Positions 1-11,019 of a DNA stretch of 64,000 nt are shown here, in pieces; positions within the stretch are counted from its first letter, which is position 1; each line of letters starts with the position of its first letter. The position numbers were made by a program, and so were the translations under genes. Source of the stretch: Patescibacteria group bacterium. GTDB taxonomy: Bacteria; Patescibacteriota; Patescibacteriia; JAHJFT01. The stretch is taken from contig JAQTTB010000001.1 in NCBI GenBank assembly GCA_028710985.1, forward strand, positions 231,397 to 295,396. The letters are read 5' to 3'. The notes under the pieces are model-generated. The model saw nothing but the letters and a program-made list of their open reading frames with translations. It did no database searches and was not told where the DNA came from.

Positions 1-893
1 GCGGAATTCCTCAGCCGACTGCCAGCGGTCCTCCGGACGTTTGGCGAGCGCCTTCAGGATCACCGCGTCCAGCTCGGGCGAGATGTCGCTCCGGATCGAG
101 CTTGGCACGGGCGGCAGATTTTCGAGGTGCATGGCCACGATCCTCTGCCACCCCAGCTTTGAATCAAAGGGAACATCACCGGTCAGGAACTGGAACATGA
201 TAATGCCCGCGGAATAAATATCCGAACAGGCGCCCATGGCCTCGATGTCCCCGCGCGCCTGCTCGGGCGACATGTAGTGCGGTGAACCGAACACTATGCC
301 GGCACGCGTAAGCTTGGAGTCCTCCATCCCGTCGATGCCGAAGAGCCGCGAGATGCCGAAGTCCAGAATCTTGAGCCGCGGCGGCTGGCCGGCCGGATCA
401 ACGATCATCATGTTGCCGGGTTTCAGGTCCCGGTGCACCACGCCGACCGCGTGCGCCGCGGCTAGCCCCAAGAGAACCTGAGAGATGTAAGCGTAGGCCT
501 CTTTCGCCGGAAATGACGCTTGCTCATTCATGAGATCGTCAAGCGTCAGCCCGGTGAGGTACTCCATTACGAGATAGAACCATTTTGACCCGGCCATCAC
601 GTACTCGCCGCGGTCGTAGACCTCGATTATATTGGGGTGGTTTTTCACCCGCGTGATGGCGTATGCCTCGTTCGCGAAGCGCTGGATGAGCACGTCGCTT
701 CCGCAAAGTTCCCGGCGGAGTATCTTAATCGCCACGTCGCGCTGCAGGCGCGTATCGCGGCCGCGCAGCACGTATCCCATGCCGCCGATTCCCAGGACCT
801 CGGCCATCTCGTATCTCTTTTCTATTATCTTACCGACGAACTGCTTGGCAATCTCATAGTCTTCCTTCTCGTCCTTATCCGGTACGAACATGG
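1..893 (-). CDS. Hanks-type Ser/Thr protein kinase, N-terminal catalytic domain; the gene continues beyond the window start (C-terminus missing)
   Basis: The reverse-strand translation starts at the ATG at 893 and reads MFVPDKDEK...YEMAEVLGIGGMGYV (Gly-rich loop), VAIK, HRDLKPGNMM and DFGISR (DFG), then SPEQ. It is absent from the ORF track because there is no in-window stop. Confidence 0.8.
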
Positions 894-1071
894 CGTTCCT
901 CCTATTTCTTATGTTGTAAGGTTCATTTTATGCTAAATCTGGCGGACAAAACTAATCCGCAAGACCCTATATTTAACCACAAAATCGCGAATTTGTCAAG
1001 GGTTTAGCCAAAAAGCGGAGACGCCAGCCGCGGCTGACGTCTCCACCTTAAACGTTCTCTTGTCCGAATTC

Positions 1072-3990
1072 TTACTTCTTCTTTATTCCAATCCAGATAT
1101 CCTCCCCGTCTTTCTGCCAGATTTCGGCGTGCGCCAGCTCTTTTTTCTCGGCGCGAATATCGTCGGCCAGAACATCGGCCATAACTTCATTTTTCATATC
1201 GCGCAAAACATCAAGCGCCATGGCGAATTCTGTGTCGTAATATAAAGTGATCCGGTCGTTGATGGTGAGCCCGGCTTTCTTCCGGAGCGAATTTACATGC
1301 CGCACGATTTCGCGCGCCAGTCCCTTTTTGGCAAGCTCCGGGGTAATCACGGTATCGAGTTCAACCGCGATATCGTCCTTTCCTCCGGCTGCGATTTCAA
1401 CCGCTTCAACATTGAGTTCGTCGCGCACGAGATCAAGAAGTTCGATTTTCTTTTTTAATATGTCCGCGAGCTTCGCGTCATTAAGGCTTACCTTAACGCT
1501 TGCCAGAATCTGGCGCACCGGAATGCCGGCCACGGCGCGCGCCTCCAGGCCCCGGCTCGCGATCGCGCGCACGACTTCCATTTCAGCGAGCAATTTTTTA
1601 TCAATTAAATTCTTACGCGATTCGGGCCATGCCTCAAGATGCACGGAATCGGCGGCGCGTCCGGTCACACTTCTCCAAACCTCTTCAGCGATAAACGGAG
1701 TAAACGGCGCCATGACGAGCGCGAGCCGCACGAGCACTTCGCCGAGCGTGGCAACCGCTTTTTTCTTTTCATCCCTGTCTTCGCTCTTGAAACGGTCGCG
1801 GCTCCTGCGCACAAACCAGGTTGAAAGCTCATCAATGAATCCGACAATCGGACGACTCGCCTCTATTAAACTAAAATTGTCTAATGACGTCGTGACCTCG
1901 GCAATTAAATTTTCAAGACGCGCAATAATCCAGCGGTCAAGCACATTGTCAGAAGGCTCATCTACGCCTTGAGTATCTTCGGCCGCATAAAGTTCATAAA
2001 ACTTATAGACATTCCAGATGAGCATCAAGACCTTGCGTTCAATTTCCGCCACATCTCTTTCGCAAAAATTCAAATTTTCCGCTTCAATCGCCGGAGAAGA
2101 AAAAAGATAATAGCGCATTGAATCAACGCCATACGAATTAAAGAGAATCCACGGGTCCGGATAATTTTTAAGGCTCTTGCTCATCTTTTTACCGTCCTCG
2201 GCAAGCACAATGCCGTTCACGATCACGTTCTTGAAAGCATTTTTATTAAAAAGCGCGGTCGCGAGCACGTGCAGTTTGTTAAACCAGCCGCGCGTCTGAT
2301 CCTGCCCCTCGGCGATGAAATCCGCCGGAAAATTATCATCAAACCATTTTTTATTTTCAAAAGGATAATGCGCCTGGCCGTAAGGCATTGAGCCGGATTC
2401 AAACCAACAGTCAAAAACTTCGCGGATACGATTCATTTCTCCGCCGCAGGAACATTTAATTTTTATTTCATCAATAAACGGCCGGTGCAAATCCGTACCT
2501 TCGCGAAAATTCTCCGCCTTTTCGCCGAGTTCGGCCACGCTCCCGATTACCTCGCGCGCTCCGCAGGCCGCGCATTCCCAGACCGGAATCGGCGCGCCCC
2601 AGTAACGCGTCCGTGAAACGCACCAGTCCGGCGAAGTCTCGAGCGTCTTTCCGAAACGACCCTTCTTAATATGCTCCGGCCGCCAGTTTATATGCTCGTT
2701 ATTTTTAAGAAGCTTGGCTTTTAGGCTCGTCACATTCACGAACCAGGCATTTTGGGCTTTATAAATAAGCGGTGTTTTACAGCGCCAGCAATGTGGATAA
2801 CTGTGCACACATGTCTCGCGCTTAAAAAGCGCGCCGCGCGTTTCAAGCTCTTTCATGATATCTTCGTCCGCGTCTTTAACGAACCGTCCGGCCCACGGCG
2901 TAATTTCTGGCAAGAATTTTGCCTGATCATCGACTGTTACAATCACCGGAAGATCCGCTTTTTTACCGGCTTCCATATCTACTTCACCGAATCCGGGCGC
3001 CACATGCACAATGCCCGTACCTTCATCTGCGGTCACGAAATCGCCGGCAATCACGAAATGTGCCTTTTTATCAAGTTTAATAAAATTATAAAGAGGCTCA
3101 TACTCTAAGCCCAATAATTTTTTGCCCTTCACGATTCCCAAAAATTCAACTTTCATTTCTTCTTCATCCTCATCTTCAATCGGATAAACAATGTCTTTCA
3201 GAACTTCATTTTTTCGCGATTCAGAAAAAATATATGTTTCATTGTTTGATTTGATTCTTACCCGGAGATAATTCATCTCCGGATCAACCGCGAGAGCGGC
3301 GTTTGCCGGCAACGTCCACGGCGTCGTCGTCCAAGCAAGAAGATACGTATTAGATTCATTTTTAAGTTTAAACTTTACAATAATCGCCGGATCCTCAACG
3401 TCCTTATACGTATCAACTCCGACTTCGGTATTGGAGAGCGGCGTGGCGCAGCGCGGGCAATAATGCGACACGCGCCGATCCTTGTACACCAGTTCTTTTT
3501 TGTTTAATTCCGAAAAAACCCACCACACGGATTCAATAAATGGATTATCCATTGTCCGGTAGGTATTTTCCATATCAACCCAGCGGCCGGTGCGGCGCAC
3601 GATGCGCTTCCATTCTTCGGCATAGCGCATCACCGAATCGCGGCACGCCTTGCAGAATTTATCAATTCCCAGACTTTCAATCTCGTCTTTGGAATTCAAA
3701 CCCAGTTCTTTTTCAATCATTGTCTCAATCGGCAGGCCATGGCAGTCCCAGCCCCAGACGCGGCGCACGCGAAATCCGCGCATGGTCTTGTACCGCGGAA
3801 AAACATCCTTGATCAGGCCGGCGAGCAGATTGCCGTAGTGCGGCAAACCCGTGGCAAACGGCGGACCGTCGTAAAAAACAAACTGGCGGTCTTCCGGCCG
3901 CTCGTTGACTGAACGCTCAAAAAATTTTCCCTTATCCCAAAAATCCAGGGTCGCTTCCTCCATTTCCGCGAACTTTGACTTCTTGTCCAT
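1072..3990 (-). CDS. ileS: isoleucyl-tRNA synthetase
   Basis: A 1012-aa ORF with class I aaRS motifs (PPFATGLPHYGN HIGH-like, KMSKS), GWDCHGLP, and an editing-domain region. I moved the start to the MDKKSKF ATG at 3990 so that the gene does not overlap the divergent rpiB start. Confidence 0.9.
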   Translation of the reverse strand: MDKKSKFAEMEEATLDFWDKGKFFERSVNERPEDRQFVFYDGPPFATGLPHYGNLLAGLIKDVFPRYKTMRGFRVRRVWGWDCHGLPIETMIEKELGLNSKDEIESLGIDKFCKACRDSVMRYAEEWKRIVRRTGRWVDMENTYRTMDNPFIESVWWVFSELNKKELVYKDRRVSHYCPRCATPLSNTEVGVDTYKDVEDPAIIVKFKLKNESNTYLLAWTTTPWTLPANAALAVDPEMNYLRVRIKSNNETYIFSESRKNEVLKDIVYPIEDEDEEEMKVEFLGIVKGKKLLGLEYEPLYNFIKLDKKAHFVIAGDFVTADEGTGIVHVAPGFGEVDMEAGKKADLPVIVTVDDQAKFLPEITPWAGRFVKDADEDIMKELETRGALFKRETCVHSYPHCWRCKTPLIYKAQNAWFVNVTSLKAKLLKNNEHINWRPEHIKKGRFGKTLETSPDWCVSRTRYWGAPIPVWECAACGAREVIGSVAELGEKAENFREGTDLHRPFIDEIKIKCSCGGEMNRIREVFDCWFESGSMPYGQAHYPFENKKWFDDNFPADFIAEGQDQTRGWFNKLHVLATALFNKNAFKNVIVNGIVLAEDGKKMSKSLKNYPDPWILFNSYGVDSMRYYLFSSPAIEAENLNFCERDVAEIERKVLMLIWNVYKFYELYAAEDTQGVDEPSDNVLDRWIIARLENLIAEVTTSLDNFSLIEASRPIVGFIDELSTWFVRRSRDRFKSEDRDEKKKAVATLGEVLVRLALVMAPFTPFIAEEVWRSVTGRAADSVHLEAWPESRKNLIDKKLLAEMEVVRAIASRGLEARAVAGIPVRQILASVKVSLNDAKLADILKKKIELLDLVRDELNVEAVEIAAGGKDDIAVELDTVITPELAKKGLAREIVRHVNSLRKKAGLTINDRITLYYDTEFAMALDVLRDMKNEVMADVLADDIRAEKKELAHAEIWQKDGEDIWIGIKKK

Positions 3991-4083
3991 AACTAGCAAA
4001 ATTTTACCTGATTTATACAGGGATTTTAACAAAATCCCCTCTTTCTGTAAAGTCAGCCGCGTATCTGCTATAATAATAACACT

Positions 4084-5214
4084 ATGAAAATTTTCCTTGG
4101 TGCCGACCACGCCGGCTTCCGCCTCAAAGAGGAGATTAAAAAATATTTATCCCGCGCCAAATACGATGTCCATGACCTCGGCGCCTTTAAGCTGGAAAAG
4201 AATGATGATTACCCCGCTTATGCCGCGCGCGTCGGCCGGGCGGCGCGCCGCGACCCCGCGTCGCGCGGCCTTGTGCTTTGCGGCAACGCCGAAGGCGTCT
4301 GCATCACGGCGAATAAAATCCGCGGCGTGCGCGCCGCCCTGGGCTATTCAACCTACGCGGCAAAAACCTCCCGTACCGACGACGACGCCAACGTGCTCTG
4401 CCTCGCCGGGCGCGTCCTGAAATCCGCGGAAGCGAAAAAAATTACGGCCGCTTTTCTCAAGACAAAATTCTCCGACGCAAAGCGCCACGCACGCCGCATT
4501 AAGCAAATTAAAAAATTAGAAAAAAATGCCTGCCTCGCCGAAGCTCCGACCGAGCGAAGCGAGCGTCGGGACAAAGGCGGGCCGAAAATAATCCCCGCTA
4601 TCCTCGCGAAAAACGCGATTGATTTCGCGCAAAAGCTGCGCTTGGTTGAAGGCGCGGCTTCGCGCGTGCAGATTGACGTGATTGACGGCAAATTTGTTTC
4701 GCCAAAAAACTGGGCTGATCCGGAAATTATTAAAACCATACCCACGCCCATAAAATACGAACTCCATCTCATGGTTGCCGATCCGGCGGCGGAAATTAAA
4801 AAATGGAAAAAAATAAAAAATGTAAAAAAAGTTATTTTTCACATTGAAGTGAAACGAAATCCCGCGAGCATCATTAAAGCAATCAAGCGGTTCGGCTGGC
4901 AGGCCGGCACGGCCCTGAATCCCGCGACACCAATTACCCGCCTCCGGCCGGTTATTCAAAAAATCAACACTGTTCTTTTTCTTGGCGTCACCCCTGGCCG
5001 TTCGGGCCAAAAATTCCAGCCGCGCATTTTAAAAAAAATGCGGAACTTGAAAAAAATCGCCCCGCGGGTTACAATCCAGGTTGACGGCGGCGTAAATCTT
5101 AAAAACGCGCGCGAGATATTGAGAGCCGGCGCCGATACTCTCTGCGCCGCAAACGCGATTTACAAAACCGCTAAACCCAAAAAAATAATTAACGAATTTA
5201 AAAAAATTAATTAA
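4084..5214 (+). CDS. bifunctional ribose-5-phosphate isomerase B / ribulose-phosphate 3-epimerase fusion
   Basis: The N-terminus (MKIFLGADHAGFRLKEE...) is RpiB/LacAB-like. The C-terminus (VQIDVIDGKFV, HLMV, FHIEV, LFLGVTPGRSGQKF, VDGGVN) is Rpe-like. Such fusions are known in CPR bacteria. Confidence 0.8.
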   Translation: MKIFLGADHAGFRLKEEIKKYLSRAKYDVHDLGAFKLEKNDDYPAYAARVGRAARRDPASRGLVLCGNAEGVCITANKIRGVRAALGYSTYAAKTSRTDDDANVLCLAGRVLKSAEAKKITAAFLKTKFSDAKRHARRIKQIKKLEKNACLAEAPTERSERRDKGGPKIIPAILAKNAIDFAQKLRLVEGAASRVQIDVIDGKFVSPKNWADPEIIKTIPTPIKYELHLMVADPAAEIKKWKKIKNVKKVIFHIEVKRNPASIIKAIKRFGWQAGTALNPATPITRLRPVIQKINTVLFLGVTPGRSGQKFQPRILKKMRNLKKIAPRVTIQVDGGVNLKNAREILRAGADTLCAANAIYKTAKPKKIINEFKKIN

Positions 5215-5226
5215 TAATATCCAACT

Positions 5227-5766
5227 ATGCGCAAATTTATTTTTGCCGGAATATTGTTCGCCATGACGCTCGCCATGACCGGCGCGATTGCCCTGCCCGG
5301 CGACGCGGCAACTCTCGTTTCCGGCGATCTCATTAAAGGACAAAGCTTCTCCTCGGTCTACTACTATGCCGAAAACGGCAAACGCTATGTCTTCCCCAAC
5401 GAAAAGACATATTTTACCTGGTATACGGATTTTAGCGAAGTTAAAATAATCACCGATGCCGAGCTCGCCGCGATTCAAATTGGCGGCAATGTCACCTACA
5501 AGCCGGGATACAAAATGATTAAAATCACTACCGCGGACAAGGTCTATGCCGTTGAAGGCGGTGGAGTTATCCGCTGGGTCAAAACCGAGGAAGCGGCCGA
5601 AACCCTTTACGGACTCAACTGGAACGACTGGATTGACGACGTACCGGACGGATTTTTCACCAACTACCGCGAAGGCCAGTCAATCGAATTCGCCTCGGAT
5701 TACAGCAAGACCCAGCAGTCAACTCTGTATTACACCATCAACCACGACAAAGGATTCGTCTATTAA
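5227..5766 (+). CDS. hypothetical secreted protein
   Basis: There is an N-terminal signal peptide (MRKFIFAGILFAMTLAMTGAIALP). I found no recognisable domain. Confidence 0.5.
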   Translation: MRKFIFAGILFAMTLAMTGAIALPGDAATLVSGDLIKGQSFSSVYYYAENGKRYVFPNEKTYFTWYTDFSEVKIITDAELAAIQIGGNVTYKPGYKMIKITTADKVYAVEGGGVIRWVKTEEAAETLYGLNWNDWIDDVPDGFFTNYREGQSIEFASDYSKTQQSTLYYTINHDKGFVY

Positions 5767-5770
5767 AAAC

Positions 5771-5806
5771 AAAAGTACGGGTCGCAGATCTGCGACCCGT
5801 ACTTTT
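5771..5806. terminator. bidirectional rho-independent terminator between convergent genes
   Basis: The sequence aaaaGTACGGGTCGCAGATCTGCGACCCGTACtttttt forms a perfect 13-bp stem flanked by an A-run and a T-run. Confidence 0.75.
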
Positions 5807-5812
5807 TTAATT

Positions 5813-7744
5813 TTACCAAAGTTTTTTCAATACAATGCCGCTGTAATAATATTTCACTATCTCATCCCAGCCACGTCCTGCATTTGCCATGCCAATAGCA
5901 TCGGTACAGGCCATGCCGACTCCATGGCCCCAAAGAGTGTTATTCGCCGCGGCGTCATATGGTGCCGGAACCGACTGCAGCCAGCCATAATCAATGCCAT
6001 TTGAACCGCCCCAGACTTCTTTGTAGCTCCGCGTCCGTCCGTCGGAACGCGAGTAATATGGGGTGAAAACCGGCTCATTGTCATAATGCACAATCATGCC
6101 GCGCGTCTGCTCCACCGCGTTCGCGAGCCGCGGCACGCGGATTTCGTTTCCGTATCCGCGGTAAACCTGATCATAGGTCGCATCAAGAATAAAATGCCCT
6201 TTTGCATGCTTGGTCGGATATGAATAATGAAAATATGCGTACGAACGCGCCGCAGTCACAAGCGCTTTCTGAAATTCAGTCGGCGAATAATTTGAAGTCT
6301 CAGCCAAACCCTTGAGATAATCCTCCATCGGAAGTTCGTTGATTACCCAGGGATAATTTGTTTCCGATACCCGAAGTTCAATCACTCCGCGAAAGCGATT
6401 GTCGTTATAGGCGCGGTTCCATGCCGGCCGCTGCTCAAGACTTGTAAGTTCAAAAATATTCTGTCCCGCCCCGGCCGGCTCAAAACGCAGATAGCACGCG
6501 CCGGTATAATTTTTCGCGTCTTTGAAAAAAGAATACTGATACGTTGATTTATTATAACTCGCGGTCACTACTACCCCGGCCGCGTATGTACCCAAATCCT
6601 GGCCACAGGATGTTTTAACCACAAACGATTTATCCGCCGTAAGCGTCAAATCTCCTTCGAGATCGTAAAGCCCGATGCGCATCAGCGATTCCTGCATCAA
6701 TCCAATTGTCGGCGCCGGACTAGTTCCTTCGGACGGAATATCTCCTGAATCGTCAGTTACGGTAATCGGAATATCTAATTCGCCGCCCGAAATGTCAGTT
6801 CCGTCAGTTTGCAATTTTAAATTCACCTGATAAACACCAGCCGACGCGGCCTTAAGAGTAAAGGTAAAAAATTGCAGTGCTCCGGGCGCAGTCGGAGACG
6901 CCGATTCAGCAAGCACGGACCGTGATTTCCAGGAAATATCATAAAAATTATCCAAACCGGTTGATGCGGCTGCCACATCCGGCAAAACTATTTTTGCACT
7001 TAACCAAGTCGCTCTGCCGTAATTCTTAAAACCAGCTGTAAATTTTATCGCCTCGCCGGCGCGCATTGTAATTTGCTGGTGGCTGCGCAGAAGAAGCTTT
7101 GCCTCATAGCCCGCCGATGCCGTTGGAATTGAGGCCGCGGTTGGAGTCGGAATCGATGTTGCCACCGGCGTTGATATCGGGGTCGTGCTTCCGGATGTAT
7201 CGATTAAAATCGATACGGTAAATTCGCCGCCCGGTATCCACAAAAGATCTTCCGCGGCTAAATAAAATTTTTCTTCATAAACTCCGGATGCGATATCCGC
7301 CGGCGCGCGCAATTTAAAAACAACGTATCCGACTTGGCCGGGCGCAACGCGACTGTCTTTCATCGCCGCCGGCTGTTCGCGCAGCTTCCAGGTCGTATCC
7401 TGGAAACGGCTGGTGCGGTATTTCGGCGACCAGGTATAAATTGAAATATAATTTTTTTCCGTGTTTGTCCAGGTATTGCTTCCCGTATTCTTGAAACCGA
7501 CGGTGAATTCTTTTGTTTCACCCGGCCGCATGGTGAGGGTTTTCGCGGTCTCAATCATCTTCACGGCTTCCCACTCTGCCGCTCGAGCCTCGTGCACTGC
7601 AAAAATTTGCGTTTCCACGAGTGAAAGCATCCAGGAAAACACGACCACGATTAAAAAAACCACGGAAACGCTTGCAAAAACGCTGCCCCAGCTTTCCGTG
7701 GGCTTTAAATCACAATTATCGATTTTTAAGCCGTAATTTGGCAT
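5813..7744 (-). CDS. SpoIID/LytB-domain protein with an N-terminal TM segment and repeated Ig-like domains
   Basis: The C-terminal ~200 aa carry SpoIID-like motifs (EDYLKGLAETS, AARSYA, DQVYRGYG, QTRGMIVHY, YYSRSDGRTRS). Upstream are a Thr/Pro-rich linker and duplicated beta-rich modules. Confidence 0.7.
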   Translation of the reverse strand: MPNYGLKIDNCDLKPTESWGSVFASVSVVFLIVVVFSWMLSLVETQIFAVHEARAAEWEAVKMIETAKTLTMRPGETKEFTVGFKNTGSNTWTNTEKNYISIYTWSPKYRTSRFQDTTWKLREQPAAMKDSRVAPGQVGYVVFKLRAPADIASGVYEEKFYLAAEDLLWIPGGEFTVSILIDTSGSTTPISTPVATSIPTPTAASIPTASAGYEAKLLLRSHQQITMRAGEAIKFTAGFKNYGRATWLSAKIVLPDVAAASTGLDNFYDISWKSRSVLAESASPTAPGALQFFTFTLKAASAGVYQVNLKLQTDGTDISGGELDIPITVTDDSGDIPSEGTSPAPTIGLMQESLMRIGLYDLEGDLTLTADKSFVVKTSCGQDLGTYAAGVVVTASYNKSTYQYSFFKDAKNYTGACYLRFEPAGAGQNIFELTSLEQRPAWNRAYNDNRFRGVIELRVSETNYPWVINELPMEDYLKGLAETSNYSPTEFQKALVTAARSYAYFHYSYPTKHAKGHFILDATYDQVYRGYGNEIRVPRLANAVEQTRGMIVHYDNEPVFTPYYSRSDGRTRSYKEVWGGSNGIDYGWLQSVPAPYDAAANNTLWGHGVGMACTDAIGMANAGRGWDEIVKYYYSGIVLKKLW

Positions 7745-7859
7745 TTTCTTTTTATTTTTTCGCCCGAAGACAATAAAACCGCCTTGTCCTTTCTTCCTAA
7801 GTTAGAACGTTGGCGGATAGTCTCATTTACACTATATATAATAACATAAAAAACGCCGT

Positions 7860-7888
7860 TTGTCAAGTCTGAAAAAAAAATATATACT
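7860..7888 (+). promoter_or_regulatory. putative sigma70-like promoter for the flippase / O-antigen ligase operon
   Basis: TTGTCA, a 17-nt spacer, then TATACT, about 10 nt upstream of the ATG at 7899. Confidence 0.4.
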
Positions 7889-7898
7889 TAATTAAAAT

Positions 7899-9341
7899 AT
7901 GTCACTCACTCGCGCCATTGCCTGGAATACGATTTCGCAGGTTTCCGGAAAAATTTTAAGCACCGTTGTCGGTCTTGTTACCGTTGCTTTGATGACCCGC
8001 TACCTTGGCCGGGATGGTTTTGGCGGCTACACAACCATCACTGCTTTTTTGCAGGTCTTTGGCATTTTGGTTGATTTCGGCTTGACGCTCATGACCGTGC
8101 AGATGATTTCCGAACACGGCGACGACCGAAAATTAAACGATAAAATATTAAGTAATATTTTTACATTGCGGCTTGTTTCCGCAATTTTATTTTTGGGCGC
8201 CGCGCCGCTCATCGCGCTTTTATTCCCCTATCCGGCAATGTTGAAGTGGGGCATCGCACTTACTACTTTTTCATTTTTATTCATATCCTTAAATCAACTT
8301 CTTACCGGCGTCTTCCAAAAGCATCTTCGCATGGAACGCGTGGTAATTTCCGAGATTATCGGCCGGCTAGTTCTCCTTAGCGGCGTCGCTGGCTTTATTT
8401 TTCTTAATCTCAACTTGCTTTGGATCATGCTTGCCGTGGTTCTCGGAAGCTTTGCGAATTTTGTCGCCAACTGGATTTTTGCCAAGCCGTTCGCCGCGAT
8501 CCGCCTTTCTTTTGAATGGCCCCTCTGGCGCGAAGCCCTGGCGCGCTCCTGGCCGATCGGCATCTCCATCGCTTTCAATCTTCTTTATTTTAAAGCCGAT
8601 ACCGTAATTTTGTCCGTATTCCGCTCTCAGGCCGAAGTCGGGCTTTACGGCGCGCCTTATCGCGTGCTTGAGGTACTCATTACTCTACCGTTTATGTTCA
8701 TCGGCGTGCTGATGCCGTTTTTTGCCCGCTGGTTTGCGGAAAAAAAGCTTGAAGATTTTACCCGCCTCGCCCAGCGCGGTTTTGATTTTCTCGCTATTAT
8801 CGCCTGGCCCATGGTTTTTGGCGCCCTGATCCTTGCGACTCCAATCATGGTATTTATCGCCGGCCCGGATTTTAGCGCCTCGGGTCCAATTCTCCAAATC
8901 TTGATTATCGCGACCGGTGTAATTTATCTTTCTGTTCTTTTTTCGCACCTCATTGTTGCGATCGGCTGCCAGCGCCGGATGATCTGGGGCTATGTCGCGA
9001 CCGCCGTGGCCGCTCTCATATTTTATCTGGTTTTTATTCCCCGCTTCGGCATGCCGGCCGCCGCCTGGGGCACAGTCGCCTCCGAAGCAATGATCGCGCT
9101 TCTCACCTTTATTGTTGTTTACCGCGCAATCCGATGGCGACCGGCGCTTGGCGTCTGCAACCGCGCCTTAGCCGCGAGCCTTCTCATGGCTGCCGCGATT
9201 TATTTTATTGAACCGTATTTCTCAAATCTTCTTGTTCTGATTACTGGTGGTGCCGCAATATATGCCGCAATACTCTATGCCCTTGGCGGCGTAAAAAAAG
9301 AATTGATCATGGAAATATTTAAAATCCCCCGCAACCCATGA
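7899..9341 (+). CDS. polysaccharide biosynthesis protein / Wzx-like MOP-family flippase
   Basis: A 480-aa polytopic membrane protein (~12-14 TM) with the typical oligosaccharide flippase layout. It overlaps the next gene by 4 bp. Confidence 0.7.
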   Translation: MSLTRAIAWNTISQVSGKILSTVVGLVTVALMTRYLGRDGFGGYTTITAFLQVFGILVDFGLTLMTVQMISEHGDDRKLNDKILSNIFTLRLVSAILFLGAAPLIALLFPYPAMLKWGIALTTFSFLFISLNQLLTGVFQKHLRMERVVISEIIGRLVLLSGVAGFIFLNLNLLWIMLAVVLGSFANFVANWIFAKPFAAIRLSFEWPLWREALARSWPIGISIAFNLLYFKADTVILSVFRSQAEVGLYGAPYRVLEVLITLPFMFIGVLMPFFARWFAEKKLEDFTRLAQRGFDFLAIIAWPMVFGALILATPIMVFIAGPDFSASGPILQILIIATGVIYLSVLFSHLIVAIGCQRRMIWGYVATAVAALIFYLVFIPRFGMPAAAWGTVASEAMIALLTFIVVYRAIRWRPALGVCNRALAASLLMAAAIYFIEPYFSNLLVLITGGAAIYAAILYALGGVKKELIMEIFKIPRNP

Positions 9342-10585
9342 ATTATTTTATTCTGATAATTTTCCTCGGCCTGTTCGGATACCTCGCCTGGCGCAACTTC
9401 CGTCTTGGACTTGCGCTTCTTGTTTTTCTTTTACCTACTTACTTCATCCGTTTCCAGATCGGCCCATTGCCAACCACGCTTCTTGAACTCTACTTTGTCG
9501 TCATTGCCTTGATCTGGATAACCAAAGAGCGCGGCCTCTCCTACCGCAATCAAAATTTGATAAAATGGCGGCTGCCGATTTTTCTTTTCTTAGCGGCCGC
9601 GACAATCGGCGTCATTGTTTCTCCGGATAAAACCGCCGCTCTCGGCATCTGGAAAGCATATTTTATTGAGCCCATATTATTTTTCTTGATTCTCATCTCC
9701 AGCCTCAAGACACGGGAAGACTGGAAATTAATCTTGAATGCCCTTCTTGCTTCGGCGGCCGCGATATCGCTTTTCGCGATTTTCCAGAAAGCAACCGGCG
9801 TCGCCATTCCCCCGGCCTGGCTCGCCGAGCGCCGCGTCACTTCGGTTTTCGGCTACCCGAACGCCGTCGGCTTGTACCTTGCGCCGCTCATTATCCTGGC
9901 TTTTTCTTTATTCTACGATTCGCTACGTGAGAAAAAATATATTTACTCAACATTATATTTTCTCTCGCTCGCCTCTTCCGCGCTTGCCATATTTTTTTCC
10001 AAAACCGAAGCCGGCTGGATTGCCGCGGCGGCCGGAATTTTTATTTTTTGCGTTTTCAAAAAAAATCTCCGCGTCCCGGCCATTGCCGCAGCCGCGATTC
10101 TGATCCTCTTGATCGGTCTCACGCCCGCGCTCCGAAGTCCGGTGATTGAAAAAATCACGCTTCAGGACTGGTCCGGCCATGTCCGCCTTGTCACCTGGAG
10201 TGAATCGCTTGAAATGCTGAAATCCAACGCGATCTTCGGCGCCGGACTCTCTGGCTATCCTTTAAAAATGATCAAATTCCATCAAGCCGAATATCTGGAA
10301 ATCTTCCAATATCCTCATAATATTGTTTTGAATTTCTGGTCCGAAACCGGCCCGGTTGGGCTCATTGCGTTTCTCTGGCTCATGGCGCTCGGCATTGTCG
10401 CGTCATTAAAAAAAGCGCGCCAGTCTAGCCTCGCGCTCGCCATGCTCTGCATATTTTTTGCCATCCTGATCCACGGTTTGGTTGACGTACCCTATTTTAA
10501 AAATGATTTATCAATGATGTTCTGGCTCTTTCTCGCAGTGGCCTTTATTTTAGAGAAAAAAAACGAGACGCTTTCGCGCCTCTAA
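9338..10585 (+). CDS. O-antigen ligase / polymerase (WaaL/Wzy_C-like) membrane protein
   Basis: A 415-aa multi-TM protein with a large periplasmic loop. It is translationally coupled to the flippase. Confidence 0.65.
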   Translation: MNYFILIIFLGLFGYLAWRNFRLGLALLVFLLPTYFIRFQIGPLPTTLLELYFVVIALIWITKERGLSYRNQNLIKWRLPIFLFLAAATIGVIVSPDKTAALGIWKAYFIEPILFFLILISSLKTREDWKLILNALLASAAAISLFAIFQKATGVAIPPAWLAERRVTSVFGYPNAVGLYLAPLIILAFSLFYDSLREKKYIYSTLYFLSLASSALAIFFSKTEAGWIAAAAGIFIFCVFKKNLRVPAIAAAAILILLIGLTPALRSPVIEKITLQDWSGHVRLVTWSESLEMLKSNAIFGAGLSGYPLKMIKFHQAEYLEIFQYPHNIVLNFWSETGPVGLIAFLWLMALGIVASLKKARQSSLALAMLCIFFAILIHGLVDVPYFKNDLSMMFWLFLAVAFILEKKNETLSRL

Positions 10586-10594
10586 GATGAGCTG

Positions 10595-10891
10595 TCAGAG
10601 CGGACTGTTTGGAAAAAAGCAAATCCACTCGTTCCAGATTTGCACATCCACCGCCGACCCGCCGCAGTCGCGGATCGCGCGGACAATGCCCGGCTTATAG
10701 GACTTAAGATTCTCCAGGAATTCTTCCTTGTTGTTCACCACGCCAAATTCATCGCAGTCCGGCTTGATGAAATGGAGAAAAGTCTCCCAGTCGCTCTCGG
10801 CGATGAACATAAGTGGAGTTATCCCTTTTCCCATCGCGTGTCCCATCGGATACTTCACGGCCAAAAGCCTCGCCCTCCTGGTTTCCGACAT
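10595..10891 (-). CDS. hypothetical protein
   Basis: The start is placed at MSETRR, which is preceded by GGAGGTG. The ORF track shows a longer 10595..10951 version. Confidence 0.4.
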   Translation of the reverse strand: MSETRRARLLAVKYPMGHAMGKGITPLMFIAESDWETFLHFIKPDCDEFGVVNNKEEFLENLKSYKPGIVRAIRDCGGSAVDVQIWNEWICFFPNSPL

Positions 10892-11019
10892 CTCGCCACC
10901 TCCTAAAAAAAGACCTGCTAAAAATTTAGCTGATTTCCCCGTCCTTGTCAAGCACCCCCAATCATGTTAAACTCTGTTTTAATCATTAAAAATTTATCAT
11001 TTAAAATTGAATTAAAATT

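Noticed and set aside
1072-4110. Full-length ileS ORF start at 4110
   Set aside because: The N-terminal 40 codons would overlap the divergent rpiB-rpe start and promoter. The internal ATG at 3990 gives a typical IleRS N-terminus.
4097-5010. ORFs 4097..4420, 4353..4772 and 4516..5010 inside rpiB-rpe
   Set aside because: They are alternative-frame or antisense to a gene with clear RpiB and Rpe motifs.
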